A DNA stretch of 64,000 nucleotides from Bacteroidota bacterium (GCA_029564465.1 JAKQPY010000225.1:28936-92935), one strand, 5' to 3'; positions 19,965-31,200 are shown, numbered from the stretch's first letter. Notes: generated from the letters alone by a model not told the origin. Translations and numbers: made by a program.

Positions 19965-22900
19965 TTAGGGATAATAGGTTTCAACAATAACAGAAACATA
20001 TCCGCTACTATATGACGAATGCAAGTGAGGTCTGATTCTATAAGTGGGCGCTGAAGAATTATCTTCTCTGTTTATTATTACTTCAAGCCCACCACTATAA
20101 TTAACGCCCCAGTCGGAACTCATAGTATATTGAGTTCCCACAGTACTACAATTCACCCTACCTCCTCCCGATTCTTGGGAATAATCCCACCACCCGGTAT
20201 AACCCGATTTTGGGGCCAATCTGATGTAATAGTAATCGCCCGAACGATAGGCATACAATGTTACTGCATAATCATCATATATTTGATAACTGCCGTCCGC
20301 ACTCATAACAAGCTTAGAATAACGTTCCACTTTTTTTGCGGTACCGGCGCCCAAACCTGAGGTGTTGCTGTAAATGAGCATACCTCCTGTTTCGGCATTG
20401 GTATTGGTGCTACCCGATATACGTGCGCTTCCGGCATTTATGTGGAGTTTGCTTGAAGGGGTAGAGGTTCCAATACCCACGTCACCATCCGATTCAACCA
20501 CAAGACTACCCGATCTTACATTAAATTCTTGCTTAGGTATTAAAATACTTGAACTGGCTGCTCCGGGATCGGATGCCGTTGTCCCTGCATGTGTCCATGT
20601 CCCTCCAGAACACGAAATTTCGTAAAAAGAGCTTACCCCGGTATATGCTCCAAAATACATATAAACATCGAAAGATGTAGCCGCTGTTCCTGCATTATTA
20701 GCAACAAACTTTATAAGTCCGGTGGTTGCAAATTGCCCGTTCTCACCTATAACATAGTATGTTGCATCGCCAGCAAAACCATTGGCATCAACGCTACTTC
20801 CATTGCTGGTTTTGAAGCGTATATACACTTCGTAATTTTGAGAAGTGGTAGCGTTATAACCAGTATTTGATACAACACGTATGTAAGCGCTTCGGCCTTG
20901 TTGTGCCATTGCTAATGTTCCTAGTTTAACCCACTGGGCTGATCCTCCCGTATTTGGCAACGTGTAGCACACGCCATTGCCGGACCAGCTTAAGGTACCT
21001 GTTCCATTATTATATAAAACTCCTTGTGCATTGGCATCGGGCCATGTCATAGATTGCCCGCGAATGGATGCAATATTCCCATTTGAAGCAACCTGAAATT
21101 GAGAGGAGCTTCCTACTGAGAAAGTATTAGCAGGCGAAGAAGTTCCAATCCCCAATCGTATGTTGGTGTTGTCCCAGTATAAACTTGCACTTGAACTTAA
21201 ACTATAGGTGCCATTCCAAAAGGCAACACGTGTTGCTGTTCCGGATCCGGTAACATTATCAGAAGGTAATACTGCTCCTACTTGATCGTCAACATATTTT
21301 TTTGAAGCTGCATGAGCATCGGCAGTTGGAGTTACGGGAATTGTTACCTGATCGGAAAAATGTCCGGTGCCGCTTACGTCTAATTTATATGTCGGTGAAG
21401 TAACGCCAATACCCACATTACCATTTTCCTGAACAGTCATTTTCACATTGGTTGAAGAAGGGTCTCCCAACCCAATACCCAGTTTATTAGCACCGAATGT
21501 CCATGCTGAATTGGAGGCAACAAAAAACACATTGGCACCTGATGCTTCAATATTTCTTAAGCGAAAAACTGCATCGTAAGTACCACTGCCTTCTACGTGA
21601 AGTTTGGCATTGGTTGGTGTGGCTGTTCCTATTCCCACATATGCTGAATTATTGTTATAAATATTATTTCCCGACGCAGTCCAAACACTGTTGAGGGTGC
21701 TTCCATCCCAACTTAGTCCGGTGCCGTTGATAAACAGAGAAGATGCAGGAGAAACGCTGAGATAACCTTCGTTGTTAACACTGAGAAAACCGTTTGTGTA
21801 GTTTTGGAATCGCACTGTCCCTGTGGTGTGAAGCTGGGCAGTCATGCTTGTTGTTCCTAACCCGAGGTTCGATTCAATATAGGTGTTACCGGAAAAGTAC
21901 CCCGCCCAGTTTTCGGAACCACCATAGGCAATGCCGTGTATACCGTAATTAATACCAGGGCCAGAGGCATGACCAACCACTGCATGTTTTCGTTCCGCAT
22001 TAAAATTGTCAAAATTTCCAAAGACACCAATTCTCGTACCCGTTCCTTCGAGGAAGCTGGTACCAACTACTCCGTAACGAGCACCAATACCAACCACACC
22101 CATCCCTTTTCCTGCTACGTTATCGCACATACCGACCAATCCCATATCTTCATCGGCAACACTTCCGTTGTAAAAAAAGCCGGATGCGCCTAAATTTTCT
22201 CCATCTCCTTCAGTGGTATCTGCAACTGTAAATCGATAATCGGGAGTGGTGATTCCAATCCCCACATTACCATTTTCCTGAACAGTCATTTTCACATTGG
22301 TTGAAGAAGGATCTCCCAACCCAATACCCAGTTTATTAGCACCGAATGTCCATGCTGAATTGGAGGCAACAAAAAACACATTGGCACCTGATGCTTCAAT
22401 ATTTCTTAAGCGAAACACTGCATCGTAAGTACCACTGCCTTCTACGTGAAGTTTGGCATTGGTTGGTGTGGCTGTTCCTATTCCCACATATCCTGAATTA
22501 TTGTTATAAATATTATTTCCCGACGCAGTCCAAACACTGTTGAGGGTGCTTCCACTCCAACTCAATCCTGTACCTGCATTAAACAAAGAGGAAGCTGTGC
22601 TTACTCCAAGATTTCCTAAATTATCAACATATAGAAAGCCATTCATGTAATTCGAAAAACGAACCGTGCCATTAGTGTGCAGTTGTGCTGTCGGACTAAT
22701 GACTCCCAGACCTAGGTTTGTTTGGATATAGGTGTCACCAGCAAAATAACCGGCCCAGTTTTCGGAACCACCACTCGCTGTACCATAAACTCCGTAGTTA
22801 GTACCTAAGCCCTCGGCACTACCTCTTACGCCAATCTTTGAATCGGCATTTGCGTTGGCATATCCCAAAACTCCAATTCTATCACCACTGCCTTCTATTA

Positions 22901-23513
22901 GTGAGCTACCCATAACACCAACCCATCCACCATCACCGGATACTCCAATACCGTTTGCGGCAACACTGTTAGACGTTCCTACTATTCCTGTTGCATCGTA
23001 GGCAGTGGTGTTTTGATTAACAAAAATACCGACATAGTTTTCATGATTACCCAATACTGATAGTGGAGCAGTGGGGGTATTAATTCCTATTCCAAGATAT
23101 CCATTTACATTATCCCAAAACAAATTACTATTTGAGCTTAATGTATTACTGTTGTTCCAAAAAGCTACTTCGGTGGCATTTCCGGAGCCTTGCACAAAAT
23201 TAAGGTCGTTTGTTACTGTTAATCGAACCCATTCGCTACCCGTCCAGAAATAGTATCCTTTACCAGTTGTGATATTTGTATTGTAAACTAATAAACTCTC
23301 TACAGGAGAATCAATGGGAGTAGAGTTTGAAAGGTTAGAAATGGATATTCTGGGAATTAGAAGTCCTGTATTATCCGAACTAATGTCGAGCATAGCTGAG
23401 CTATGTGCAGATGCATTTGTTTTGTTTATAGCAACACCTTGCGAATGTATATAATTGCTGCATAAAGCAAAAATGACTATTATCACTAATCTAAAAGTAT
23501 TGGTTGTTTTCAT
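19965..23513 (-). CDS. Tail-fibre-like secreted protein, paralog A (1182 aa)
   Basis: Signal peptide ending in SQG. A conserved N-module follows (GVAIN..SAMLD..GLLIPR..LLVYN..GYYFWTGSEW). G/N/T/S-rich repeats contain recurrent GIGT..P...L.V collars. An AASKKYVDDQ motif is present. No T9SS CTD. Confidence 0.8.
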   Translation of the reverse strand: MKTTNTFRLVIIVIFALCSNYIHSQGVAINKTNASAHSSAMLDISSDNTGLLIPRISISNLSNSTPIDSPVESLLVYNTNITTGKGYYFWTGSEWVRLTVTNDLNFVQGSGNATEVAFWNNSNTLSSNSNLFWDNVNGYLGIGINTPTAPLSVLGNHENYVGIFVNQNTTAYDATGIVGTSNSVAANGIGVSGDGGWVGVMGSSLIEGSGDRIGVLGYANANADSKIGVRGSAEGLGTNYGVYGTASGGSENWAGYFAGDTYIQTNLGLGVISPTAQLHTNGTVRFSNYMNGFLYVDNLGNLGVSTASSLFNAGTGLSWSGSTLNSVWTASGNNIYNNNSGYVGIGTATPTNAKLHVEGSGTYDAVFRLRNIEASGANVFFVASNSAWTFGANKLGIGLGDPSSTNVKMTVQENGNVGIGITTPDYRFTVADTTEGDGENLGASGFFYNGSVADEDMGLVGMCDNVAGKGMGVVGIGARYGVVGTSFLEGTGTRIGVFGNFDNFNAERKHAVVGHASGPGINYGIHGIAYGGSENWAGYFSGNTYIESNLGLGTTSMTAQLHTTGTVRFQNYTNGFLSVNNEGYLSVSPASSLFINGTGLSWDGSTLNSVWTASGNNIYNNNSAYVGIGTATPTNAKLHVEGSGTYDAVFRLRNIEASGANVFFVASNSAWTFGANKLGIGLGDPSSTNVKMTVQENGNVGIGVTSPTYKLDVSGTGHFSDQVTIPVTPTADAHAASKKYVDDQVGAVLPSDNVTGSGTATRVAFWNGTYSLSSSASLYWDNTNIRLGIGTSSPANTFSVGSSSQFQVASNGNIASIRGQSMTWPDANAQGVLYNNGTGTLSWSGNGVCYTLPNTGGSAQWVKLGTLAMAQQGRSAYIRVVSNTGYNATTSQNYEVYIRFKTSNGSSVDANGFAGDATYYVIGENGQFATTGLIKFVANNAGTAATSFDVYMYFGAYTGVSSFYEISCSGGTWTHAGTTASDPGAASSSILIPKQEFNVRSGSLVVESDGDVGIGTSTPSSKLHINAGSARISGSTNTNAETGGMLIYSNTSGLGAGTAKKVERYSKLVMSADGSYQIYDDYAVTLYAYRSGDYYYIRLAPKSGYTGWWDYSQESGGGRVNCSTVGTQYTMSSDWGVNYSGGLEVIINREDNSSAPTYRIRPHLHSSYSSGYVSVIVETYYP
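21382..23079 (-). repeat. In-frame tandem duplication, 2 x 849 bp (283 codons), inside paralog A
   Basis: The reverse-frame track ORFs 21497-21694 and 22346-22543 are near-identical, giving an offset of 849 bp. The core 21412-21705 versus 22261-22554 differs at 3 of 294 nt in a hand alignment. The flanks are homologous only at protein level, and the unit boundaries are approximate. Confidence 0.85.
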
Positions 23514-23536
23514 AATTGAATATTAATTTATTGTAG

Positions 23537-23544
23537 CAAATATA
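23537..23544 (-). promoter_or_regulatory. Candidate -7 box (TATATTTG on the minus strand) upstream of paralog A
   Basis: The plus strand reads CAAATATA, which matches TAnnTTTG on the minus strand ~24 nt upstream of the ATG at 23513. Confidence 0.3.
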
Positions 23545-23589
23545 TTGAAAAAATCAATATAATGCAAATCAAATGTTTAGATTTTACTA

Positions 23590-26547
23590 TTAATCAATAC
23601 GAATAGCGGTAATGCTTGCATTTTTTATGTATGCAGTATAACCACCATATGAATAATATTGCAATGCTATTGTATTTGTTGCTGATAGGGTAATGACTTT
23701 GGTTAAAGTATAAGGGGCATATTCTCCAGGATAATTGTAGTTCCAACCTTCTCCCAATGATGTTGATGTTGTAGAATTGTAAAATCTATAAGCAGTGCCA
23801 TCGTCGTAATAATTATGAGTTAATTCACAACTAAACGTCACAAAATAAGTTCCGGCAGGCAAACTTAAGCTTGCTTTAGTTTGATAGCTTGAAGATGTTG
23901 TTGTGCTTACAGCTTCACTTTGATTGTAATAGGTGCAGCCTTTTAGCCCACCTCCTGTAATGTTAACATCACCTTCAACATGTAGTTTTTCGGTTGGAGC
24001 TGTTGTGCCAATACCTACATTGCCGCCACTCGGGTTTAAGGAAAGATTAGACTGAGCCGTTCCAATATCGGTAGAACGAATATATCCACAACGTGTTTCG
24101 GTATCGGCTCCCATATACAATGCGTGGTCACTGTCACGTATCATAATTGCATGAGTCCCCCACTCATTTGCATTTGCATCACCTTCATGCTGGATTTGAA
24201 GTTTACCATATGCAGGGCTGGCAGTAGCAATACCTACATTCCCATTACTGTTTAGCACCGTAACACGGGTATTTCCCGATGTTTGCAATTGCAAATCTTC
24301 GTTGTAGGAACCAATCAAACCTTCGTCAACAGTAATGCCTTTATTGAAATAGTATCGTGGTCTGTCGGTAGAGAAGTGAGACCAGTCAGCGTTTTGAGGA
24401 CCAAAATCGGTGTAGCCGTAATTGGTTTGCAGTCGTATGGAATTGCTGCCGCCTTCGGCAATTCGGGTGTTAACATCGTTAATATCGAGGTAACCGGCTT
24501 CTCCGTGACCAATTTTTACCTTACCGGCAACATAGAGGTTATAGGTTTGCCCGGTTCGGGGCAAATACAATCCATATGAAGCAAATTCTGCTACACCGTC
24601 GATGTTTTCGGAGCGGAATTTCACACGGTTGCTGTTTGAATACATTTCGGTTTGAGCATTATCGCCAACGCGTATTCTGCCGGCAATACTTAAATTTCCG
24701 CCACCACTAATACTGGCCACATTCGTAAGGTTGCGCCTAAACACCCACCCTCGGGCTGTATTGTCGTTCATAGTAAAATAGGTAGCCCAGTCGGAAGTTA
24801 CATAACCATGTGTGCCAAATGTGCCTGTGCCTGCAAACATAATACCGTAGGTAGGAGCTCCCGCAGTGGGTCCATTGTAGAGAGAAATTCCATATCCGGT
24901 AGAGTTTGAAGTGTTTTGTATTCCAAATGTTTGCGAACGCAAATCGGTGGTAAAACGTCCGTTTCCGGTAACATCGAGCTTATAAGATGCAGCCGTATTG
25001 CCTATCCCAACATTACCACCTCCATAGGCCATGTATATACTATTGGCCTCATAATACTGCAGATACAAATCACCGGGATTGGCATCTCCGTCATTTTTAC
25101 CGCGGATATGTCGTGCCGAAAGGCTTCCGTTGCTTGTTCCACCTACATTCAAATAGGTTGTTGAAGCACTGCTCCCCTGTATTGTAAAAAGATGAGAAGG
25201 GGCAGAGGTGCCAATACCAACAGCAGTTCCATTATCGTATATTTGAGAATTGCCAAGGGTATTTCCATTGGGAGTCCATTTCGACACATAATTGGTTGTT
25301 CCGCTACCGCTTACCAAGCCGGAGCCTGCTGCTGAAGCTGCCGAAAGATTCCCGCTGGCATCGGCATAAACAATTCTGGAACCTGTTCCTGCCAGAGTTT
25401 GAAAACGCACCCCACCGGTTGTATGAAGTTGTGTTGACGGCGCAGTGGTTCCAATGCCCACATATCCCGAAGGGTCAATCCTCATGCGTTCGGTTCCATT
25501 GTTGCTGGTAAAAGTCATATATCCACCGGTAGTGCTACTTCCCCTGTAAAACTCGATAGAACTGTTTAACTGACCGTAGAATGTGTTTTCGATAGAAAAC
25601 ATTTTACCGCCGTAGCTGGTATTTTGAGTTTCCCAAGCCCTAACACCCAGAAAAGTGCCTGAGCCTGTACTGTTCCCTTCCGATTGGCGGGCAAACACAG
25701 TGCGCAGAGCACCTCCTGCGGTTGTACCGCCATTATCGATATTGGCTGCCGGACTGGTGGTTCCAATACCTAAATTTGTGCTAATATATGTGTTCCCCAT
25801 AAAATATCCGGCCCAGTTTTCAGAACCACCATAGGCAATGCCATAGATTCCATAGTTGATACCCGGTCCTGAGGCGTGGCCGGTAACCGCATATTTTTGG
25901 TCGGCATCTAAATCTTCGAGTTGCCCAAAAACACCCACGCGCCAACCTGATCCTTCCTGAAAACTTCTGCCGATTACACCACATCGCCCACCCAATCCAG
26001 CGACACCGACACCTTGATCTGGCTGATTATCGCATATACCCGTAACTCCGATGCCCCATTCGTCAATGCTTTTGTTGATGAAAACGCCGGTGGCTTCAAA
26101 AAGGACTGCTGGAACACCAGTGCTGTCAACTACTGTAAATCGATAGTCTGGGCTTGTGGTTCCAATCCCCACGTTGGTGCCGTTATCAAAAATCAGAGAG
26201 TTCCCCAGTGAATTTGCTCCCGTAAATTTCGAAACATAATTCTGTGTCCCCGTTACGTCAAGCCCGGTACTAATCTTGGTCCACACTGTTCCGTTATAAA
26301 AGTAGAAACCGGGTTGATTATCGGTTTGATAAATCAATAATCCGGAGGCAGGAGAGGCCAGATTTCCCCGTTGGGCTAATGTCATACGAGGTATTAATAT
26401 ACCACCCGATGTTGACTGCACATCAAGCATTGCCGAAGAATCGGCAGGATTTCCGCTTGTATTAATGGCTACGCCCTGCGAAAACAGGGGTGTGGAAATG
26501 AGCCCAACGAATATAAGGCTGATGGCTAACAGTAGAATATTTTTCAT
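23590..26547 (-). CDS. Tail-fibre-like secreted protein, paralog B (985 aa)
   Basis: Signal peptide ending in SQG. It shares the N-module of A and C, has NVGIGTT.P collars and a TERMRIDPSGYVGIGTTAP motif. The C-terminal ~150 aa is unrelated to A and C. No T9SS CTD. Confidence 0.8.
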   Translation of the reverse strand: MKNILLLAISLIFVGLISTPLFSQGVAINTSGNPADSSAMLDVQSTSGGILIPRMTLAQRGNLASPASGLLIYQTDNQPGFYFYNGTVWTKISTGLDVTGTQNYVSKFTGANSLGNSLIFDNGTNVGIGTTSPDYRFTVVDSTGVPAVLFEATGVFINKSIDEWGIGVTGICDNQPDQGVGVAGLGGRCGVIGRSFQEGSGWRVGVFGQLEDLDADQKYAVTGHASGPGINYGIYGIAYGGSENWAGYFMGNTYISTNLGIGTTSPAANIDNGGTTAGGALRTVFARQSEGNSTGSGTFLGVRAWETQNTSYGGKMFSIENTFYGQLNSSIEFYRGSSTTGGYMTFTSNNGTERMRIDPSGYVGIGTTAPSTQLHTTGGVRFQTLAGTGSRIVYADASGNLSAASAAGSGLVSGSGTTNYVSKWTPNGNTLGNSQIYDNGTAVGIGTSAPSHLFTIQGSSASTTYLNVGGTSNGSLSARHIRGKNDGDANPGDLYLQYYEANSIYMAYGGGNVGIGNTAASYKLDVTGNGRFTTDLRSQTFGIQNTSNSTGYGISLYNGPTAGAPTYGIMFAGTGTFGTHGYVTSDWATYFTMNDNTARGWVFRRNLTNVASISGGGNLSIAGRIRVGDNAQTEMYSNSNRVKFRSENIDGVAEFASYGLYLPRTGQTYNLYVAGKVKIGHGEAGYLDINDVNTRIAEGGSNSIRLQTNYGYTDFGPQNADWSHFSTDRPRYYFNKGITVDEGLIGSYNEDLQLQTSGNTRVTVLNSNGNVGIATASPAYGKLQIQHEGDANANEWGTHAIMIRDSDHALYMGADTETRCGYIRSTDIGTAQSNLSLNPSGGNVGIGTTAPTEKLHVEGDVNITGGGLKGCTYYNQSEAVSTTTSSSYQTKASLSLPAGTYFVTFSCELTHNYYDDGTAYRFYNSTTSTSLGEGWNYNYPGEYAPYTLTKVITLSATNTIALQYYSYGGYTAYIKNASITAIRID

Positions 26548-26589
26548 ATTCAGGCTTATTTAAAGATTAAAACCGAACTATATTGATCG

Positions 26590-28131
26590 CTAATGCTTGT
26601 CTATTTTGAACGTTTTGATAAAGTCCCCGCAAATAACACGAACGGTGTACATGGCCGGACTAACATCCGACAGGTTTACCTCCTGCTGAAACATTCCGAA
26701 GGTGTTTTCGGTGCGATTTGTCCATAGCATTTTTCCCAGCATATCGTACACCTGTATTGTGGTGGTTTCGCAATCAAGATTTTCGCCTTTTACATAAAAG
26801 AAATCATGGAACGGATTCGGGTAAACCATAATTACTGGAGAGGACTCTTCGTAGCAATAGGCGGTAACAATATTGCTATACTTAAAGCTTCCATCAATAT
26901 CAACCAGTTTCAGCCGGTAATATTTGGCCACCGGTTGATTTTTACTGTCGGTAAACCGATAGTCGAGTACTGCATTGCTGTTTCCTGCTCCTGCCACGAA
27001 GCCTATTTTTTCGAAATTAATTCCATCGAGCGATTTCTCGATATCGAAACCATAACTATTGATTTCGGAAGCGGTTTGCCAGAGCAAATCCACCCCGTTG
27101 CCATTACAAATTGAGGCAAAACTCAACAGTTCGATGGGTAATGGGTCTATATTGTTTTTAGAACCGAAGGTGACGAATTTTGAACCTTTGGCTGAAAAAG
27201 GAATGGGTCCCGAAGATATTACTCCTTCGTCGTGCGAAAAACTGGCCAGCCCACCCATGTCAATCCACATCCCGTCGAAATAGGCCAGCGAAAGGTCGGC
27301 AGGGTCGTAATTGGCATCGTTGCCGTCGCAAAGACTGTGAACACAAATTTCGCCCACCCCGTGCGCATTGTTCTTCCAATGCAGGGTAACACTGGTAAGA
27401 TCCTGCGATGAGTTTATCACCCAATATTCACGATCACTCACGTGATGCAGGCTTTCGTCCATATTGCCGCCATGTTCCCACCAGTCGGGCATTCCGGTGT
27501 TATCGAAATAGTATTGAATGGTTACCGAAGTCGATACAGATGGAGTTATGTCAACCGGAGCCCAGATTACATAATCTTCTGGAGTTAAGTCTCCGTCGAG
27601 GTCGCGCGAATTAATATTACCCAGGGGGAACGAAAATGCGGTAGCTCCGTCTTTTTGAACAGCTCCGTCGATAAATGCAGAACTACTGCCGGCACCACAA
27701 CTTGATCCGGCCAGAAATATCAGTTTATTGCCATTTCCGTTTACAATCCCATCTGTCAACGTAAGACTGCCGGCAATACTCATATCGTCGTTAATTACAA
27801 TGGCATAGTTTCCTGCGGAATTGTTATTAAAAGTAACATGCCGAAACTGGCTTCCCCCGCTGGTAATTATTTGTTGTGTACTACCATTGAAGATTACCGA
27901 ACTATTGGGACCACTGTTGAAAACTGCGGGTGCCGTATTTGTCCAGTTTCCCGCAATGCTGAGGTCTGTATTGTAGTAGAACAAGGCTCCACTACCTGTG
28001 TTTATCAAATTATTGAATTTGACATAGGTTCCATCGGGAACATGCACCTTTGCGCTGGTGTTGTTGATAGTTTGGGCTGCAAGAGAGCCACAGACGATCA
28101 TGAAAGCAATTGCAATAAAAACATTTTTCAT
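26590..28131 (-). CDS. Secreted protein with a T9SS type-A C-terminal sorting domain, interleaved in the fibre cluster
   Basis: ATG at 28131 (MKNVFIAIAFMIVCGSLAAQ). The N-terminus looks like a beta-helix (GNWTN...VIFNGSTQQIITSGG..FRHVTFNN). The C-terminus (VYPNPFHDFFYVKGEN...MYTVRVICGDFIKTFKIDKH) is CTD-like. Confidence 0.75.
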   Translation of the reverse strand: MKNVFIAIAFMIVCGSLAAQTINNTSAKVHVPDGTYVKFNNLINTGSGALFYYNTDLSIAGNWTNTAPAVFNSGPNSSVIFNGSTQQIITSGGSQFRHVTFNNNSAGNYAIVINDDMSIAGSLTLTDGIVNGNGNKLIFLAGSSCGAGSSSAFIDGAVQKDGATAFSFPLGNINSRDLDGDLTPEDYVIWAPVDITPSVSTSVTIQYYFDNTGMPDWWEHGGNMDESLHHVSDREYWVINSSQDLTSVTLHWKNNAHGVGEICVHSLCDGNDANYDPADLSLAYFDGMWIDMGGLASFSHDEGVISSGPIPFSAKGSKFVTFGSKNNIDPLPIELLSFASICNGNGVDLLWQTASEINSYGFDIEKSLDGINFEKIGFVAGAGNSNAVLDYRFTDSKNQPVAKYYRLKLVDIDGSFKYSNIVTAYCYEESSPVIMVYPNPFHDFFYVKGENLDCETTTIQVYDMLGKMLWTNRTENTFGMFQQEVNLSDVSPAMYTVRVICGDFIKTFKIDKH

Positions 28132-28254
28132 ATCAGTTACTTTATAGGTATTTCTTATCATAAATTATTTGAACTTAAAAAATTGAAACTAATGACCCTA
28201 ATATACCTCTCCCTTTTTAAACATTACCCATGCTTTAGCCCCAGCAGTACCTTG

Positions 28255-31200
28255 TTAGGAGAGAAAAACTCCAAAATCGCCAGAACCTCCATTGCTACCA
28301 CTATCATAAGCCTGTCCGCTGGTGGATGATACTCTTGCAAAATTACCTCTAGTAACAGCAGAGTTGACAACCACTTCGGTGATACCTGCTACTGCAATAC
28401 GTATTGGTTGACCGGCTGCTGTGGTTGTGTTTACGGCAATTCCTATCACATTTTCGCTGGCGGAACCTGCCTTTACAACGCGAAGGTCAGTGGCACTCGA
28501 AGGCATAACAATACTACCAGCCTCAATAGCTGCATCAGAAGTAAGTGTAATGCAAAATGCATTTTGATTGACGTTAATATTCCCCGCAACATCAAGTTTT
28601 TCTTGTGGGCTTGTAGTTCCAATTCCAATATTGCCGCCACTGCCGATACGCATTTTTTCAGACAGATTTGAATCGCCGGACCCGGTTGCTGTAGTCTCCT
28701 GTGTATAAAAAGCCAATTCTGTGCCCTGCGATAATGCAGAACAGCAAATATTGGTTCTAATTGCCGATATTTTTGCTCCCGTAAAATTGCTTACGACATC
28801 TCGATATCCTGCAAACCGGATTGCCAATTCTGGTTGTGCCCCTGACCCATCCCAACCAAGCCTATCGTTGTGATTACCAATCATAATACCATCTCCATTT
28901 CCAGATCCAACATGAAGCTTATAGGCTGGGATCGTAGTTCCTACTCCAACATTTCCATCAGGATTAATGTACATTCTTTCGTTATATCCGGATACATTGT
29001 TAATGTCACCAACTCCTGCATTATTGTAGGTTTGAAAACTTAAGGCGGGGGCACGAAGCGTAATTTGGTCAACTCCTGCACCATTGACAGGATCGTTTGC
29101 GTGAAACAAAATCAGCTCTGTTTTTTCGTTAGCAGCCCCCTGACCAGACGGAACAGTACGTGCCGTAATTACCGGGGCCGGATCACCAGTGGGTGCTGTA
29201 AAAGTGTAGGTGGCAGCATTGGCAGTACCGCTGATCCATAGATTTGCACTTTGCGCAGATGTATATTGATTTTGTATGTAGTTGCCACTACCAGATGCAA
29301 CCGCGTAATAACTCCCATGCTGTCCATCAAGCAAATCAGCATTGAGGTTTGAAACCATAGTAGTATTTCCAACTGAATAAAATTGACCGGTAACATTAAA
29401 ACCACCTTGAACATTCAGGTAATCCCATACTTTGATTTCACGCCCGCGCCCACTGTTACCAGCAATGTTATTCCCAACAATCATTAAAGCCTTGTAACTT
29501 CCATTATCGCTGATGATGTGGCCATAGGTAGCGCCCCCGTCAGACCAGTTATTTGCACTAATTCGGAGCCCGCCAGCATTACCCGACATATCCAGAGTAC
29601 GATTTGAACCCGTAAATGTTCCATAAAGATATGCGCCACCGTCTTTAATTTGAATATTGCCTGCTCCTGATGTAGGATATCCGGGTTGCAAAATCATCCC
29701 TCCGGCAGGCTGAATATACAAATCGTTTGTACCACGAATGAATTGTGCGGTTCCGGCCCAAATTTCCAAATATCTGGTGTCAACATACGAAGGGTCGTTA
29801 AATCGGGATATTCCAAGGATATCAAGTTTTTGAGCGGGGTTTGTTTTTCCAATACCCACGTTCCCCGATGCATCAATCCTTAATCTTTCAGTGTCGTTGT
29901 TGGTAGATATAGAAATAAAACCTCCAGTAGTACTTCCTCCTCTGTGGAATCGGATAAATGCATTGTCGGTTGTTCCGCTATAGGCTAAACCAAATTTTGA
30001 AGTAATATCACCGCTGTTGTTGGTTGTTACGCCTTTTTTGTTTACAATCCAAAAATTGACGTCGCCAATGGCTCTGCCCAATACTGTTTCTAACGCACCC
30101 GCTGTTGCCGATGGGTTGATTATGTGCAGTGTAGCCGAGGGAGATGCAGTTCCAATACCCACATTGGTTCCGTTATCAAAGATTTGAGAAATTCCTTGTG
30201 TATTGGTACCTGTCCATTTAGCAACATAGTTGGTCGTACCTGTGCCCGAAATCAGGCCAAATCCTGCCGCAGTATTTGTTGAAAGAACACCCGTTGCATC
30301 GGCCACCACAATACGGGTACCCGTACCTGCCAATGCGCTGAACCGATTGGTGCCTGTAGTGTATAATGTAGCAATATTACTTGTACTTGCCGGATCTAAA
30401 TAGTACCCGGTGTTGTCGCGATCATAAAATATGCTTGCACGGACATCGTTTAAAATGCTGACTGAACGTGGTTGTAGATAAAAACCGGTATTTGCGGCAT
30501 CATAAAAAATATTAGCCCTAAAATCATTGGTGATACTGGTGCTTGCCGGATCGATATAATAACTGGTATTTCCTAAATCATAGAAAATATTGGCACGCAT
30601 GTCGTTTGTGACACTGGTACTTGCAGGGTCAATGAAAAAACTAGTGTTGCTTTGATCATATAAAATACTGACCGCAGCAGCCCCATTCACATGAAGGGGA
30701 AACGATGGTGATGAAGTGCCAATTCCTACATTCGCTGTATTATTATTGTAAATATTATTTCCGTTAACCGACCACACACTGTTTAGTGTGCTGCCAGCCC
30801 AGCTTAAACCGTTGCCTGCTGTAAAAAGGGATGAAGCGGCCGAAACTCCCAGGTTTCCATTGGCATCAACGCGCAGAAAACCATTGGTGTAATTGGCAAA
30901 TCGAACGGTTCCTGTGGTGTGTAACTGAGCAGTGGGTGATGAAACACCAATACCGGTGTTGCCCGAAATGTAGAAAAGGCCATTAAAATATCCTGCCCAT
31001 CCTCCTGCACTAACGCCATATACCCCATAAATTCCACCTGTACCATAAACTCCATAGCTCCCACCATCTCCGTAAACTCCATAAGCTCCTCCGGACCCAT
31101 ATAAACCATAGTTACCGCTACCATATACGCCATAAGTGCCGCTACCATATAGACCCCTGTTGTTTCCGGCATCAGCAATTACTGCCGCAGTGGTGCCATT

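Noticed and set aside
21412-22554. Possibility that the near-identical 294-bp pair is a DGR template/variable repeat pair
   Set aside because: No reverse transcriptase ORF is present in the window. Both copies lie in one ORF as part of a larger tandem duplication. The three mismatches (g/a, a/c, g/c on the plus strand) are not adenine-specific.
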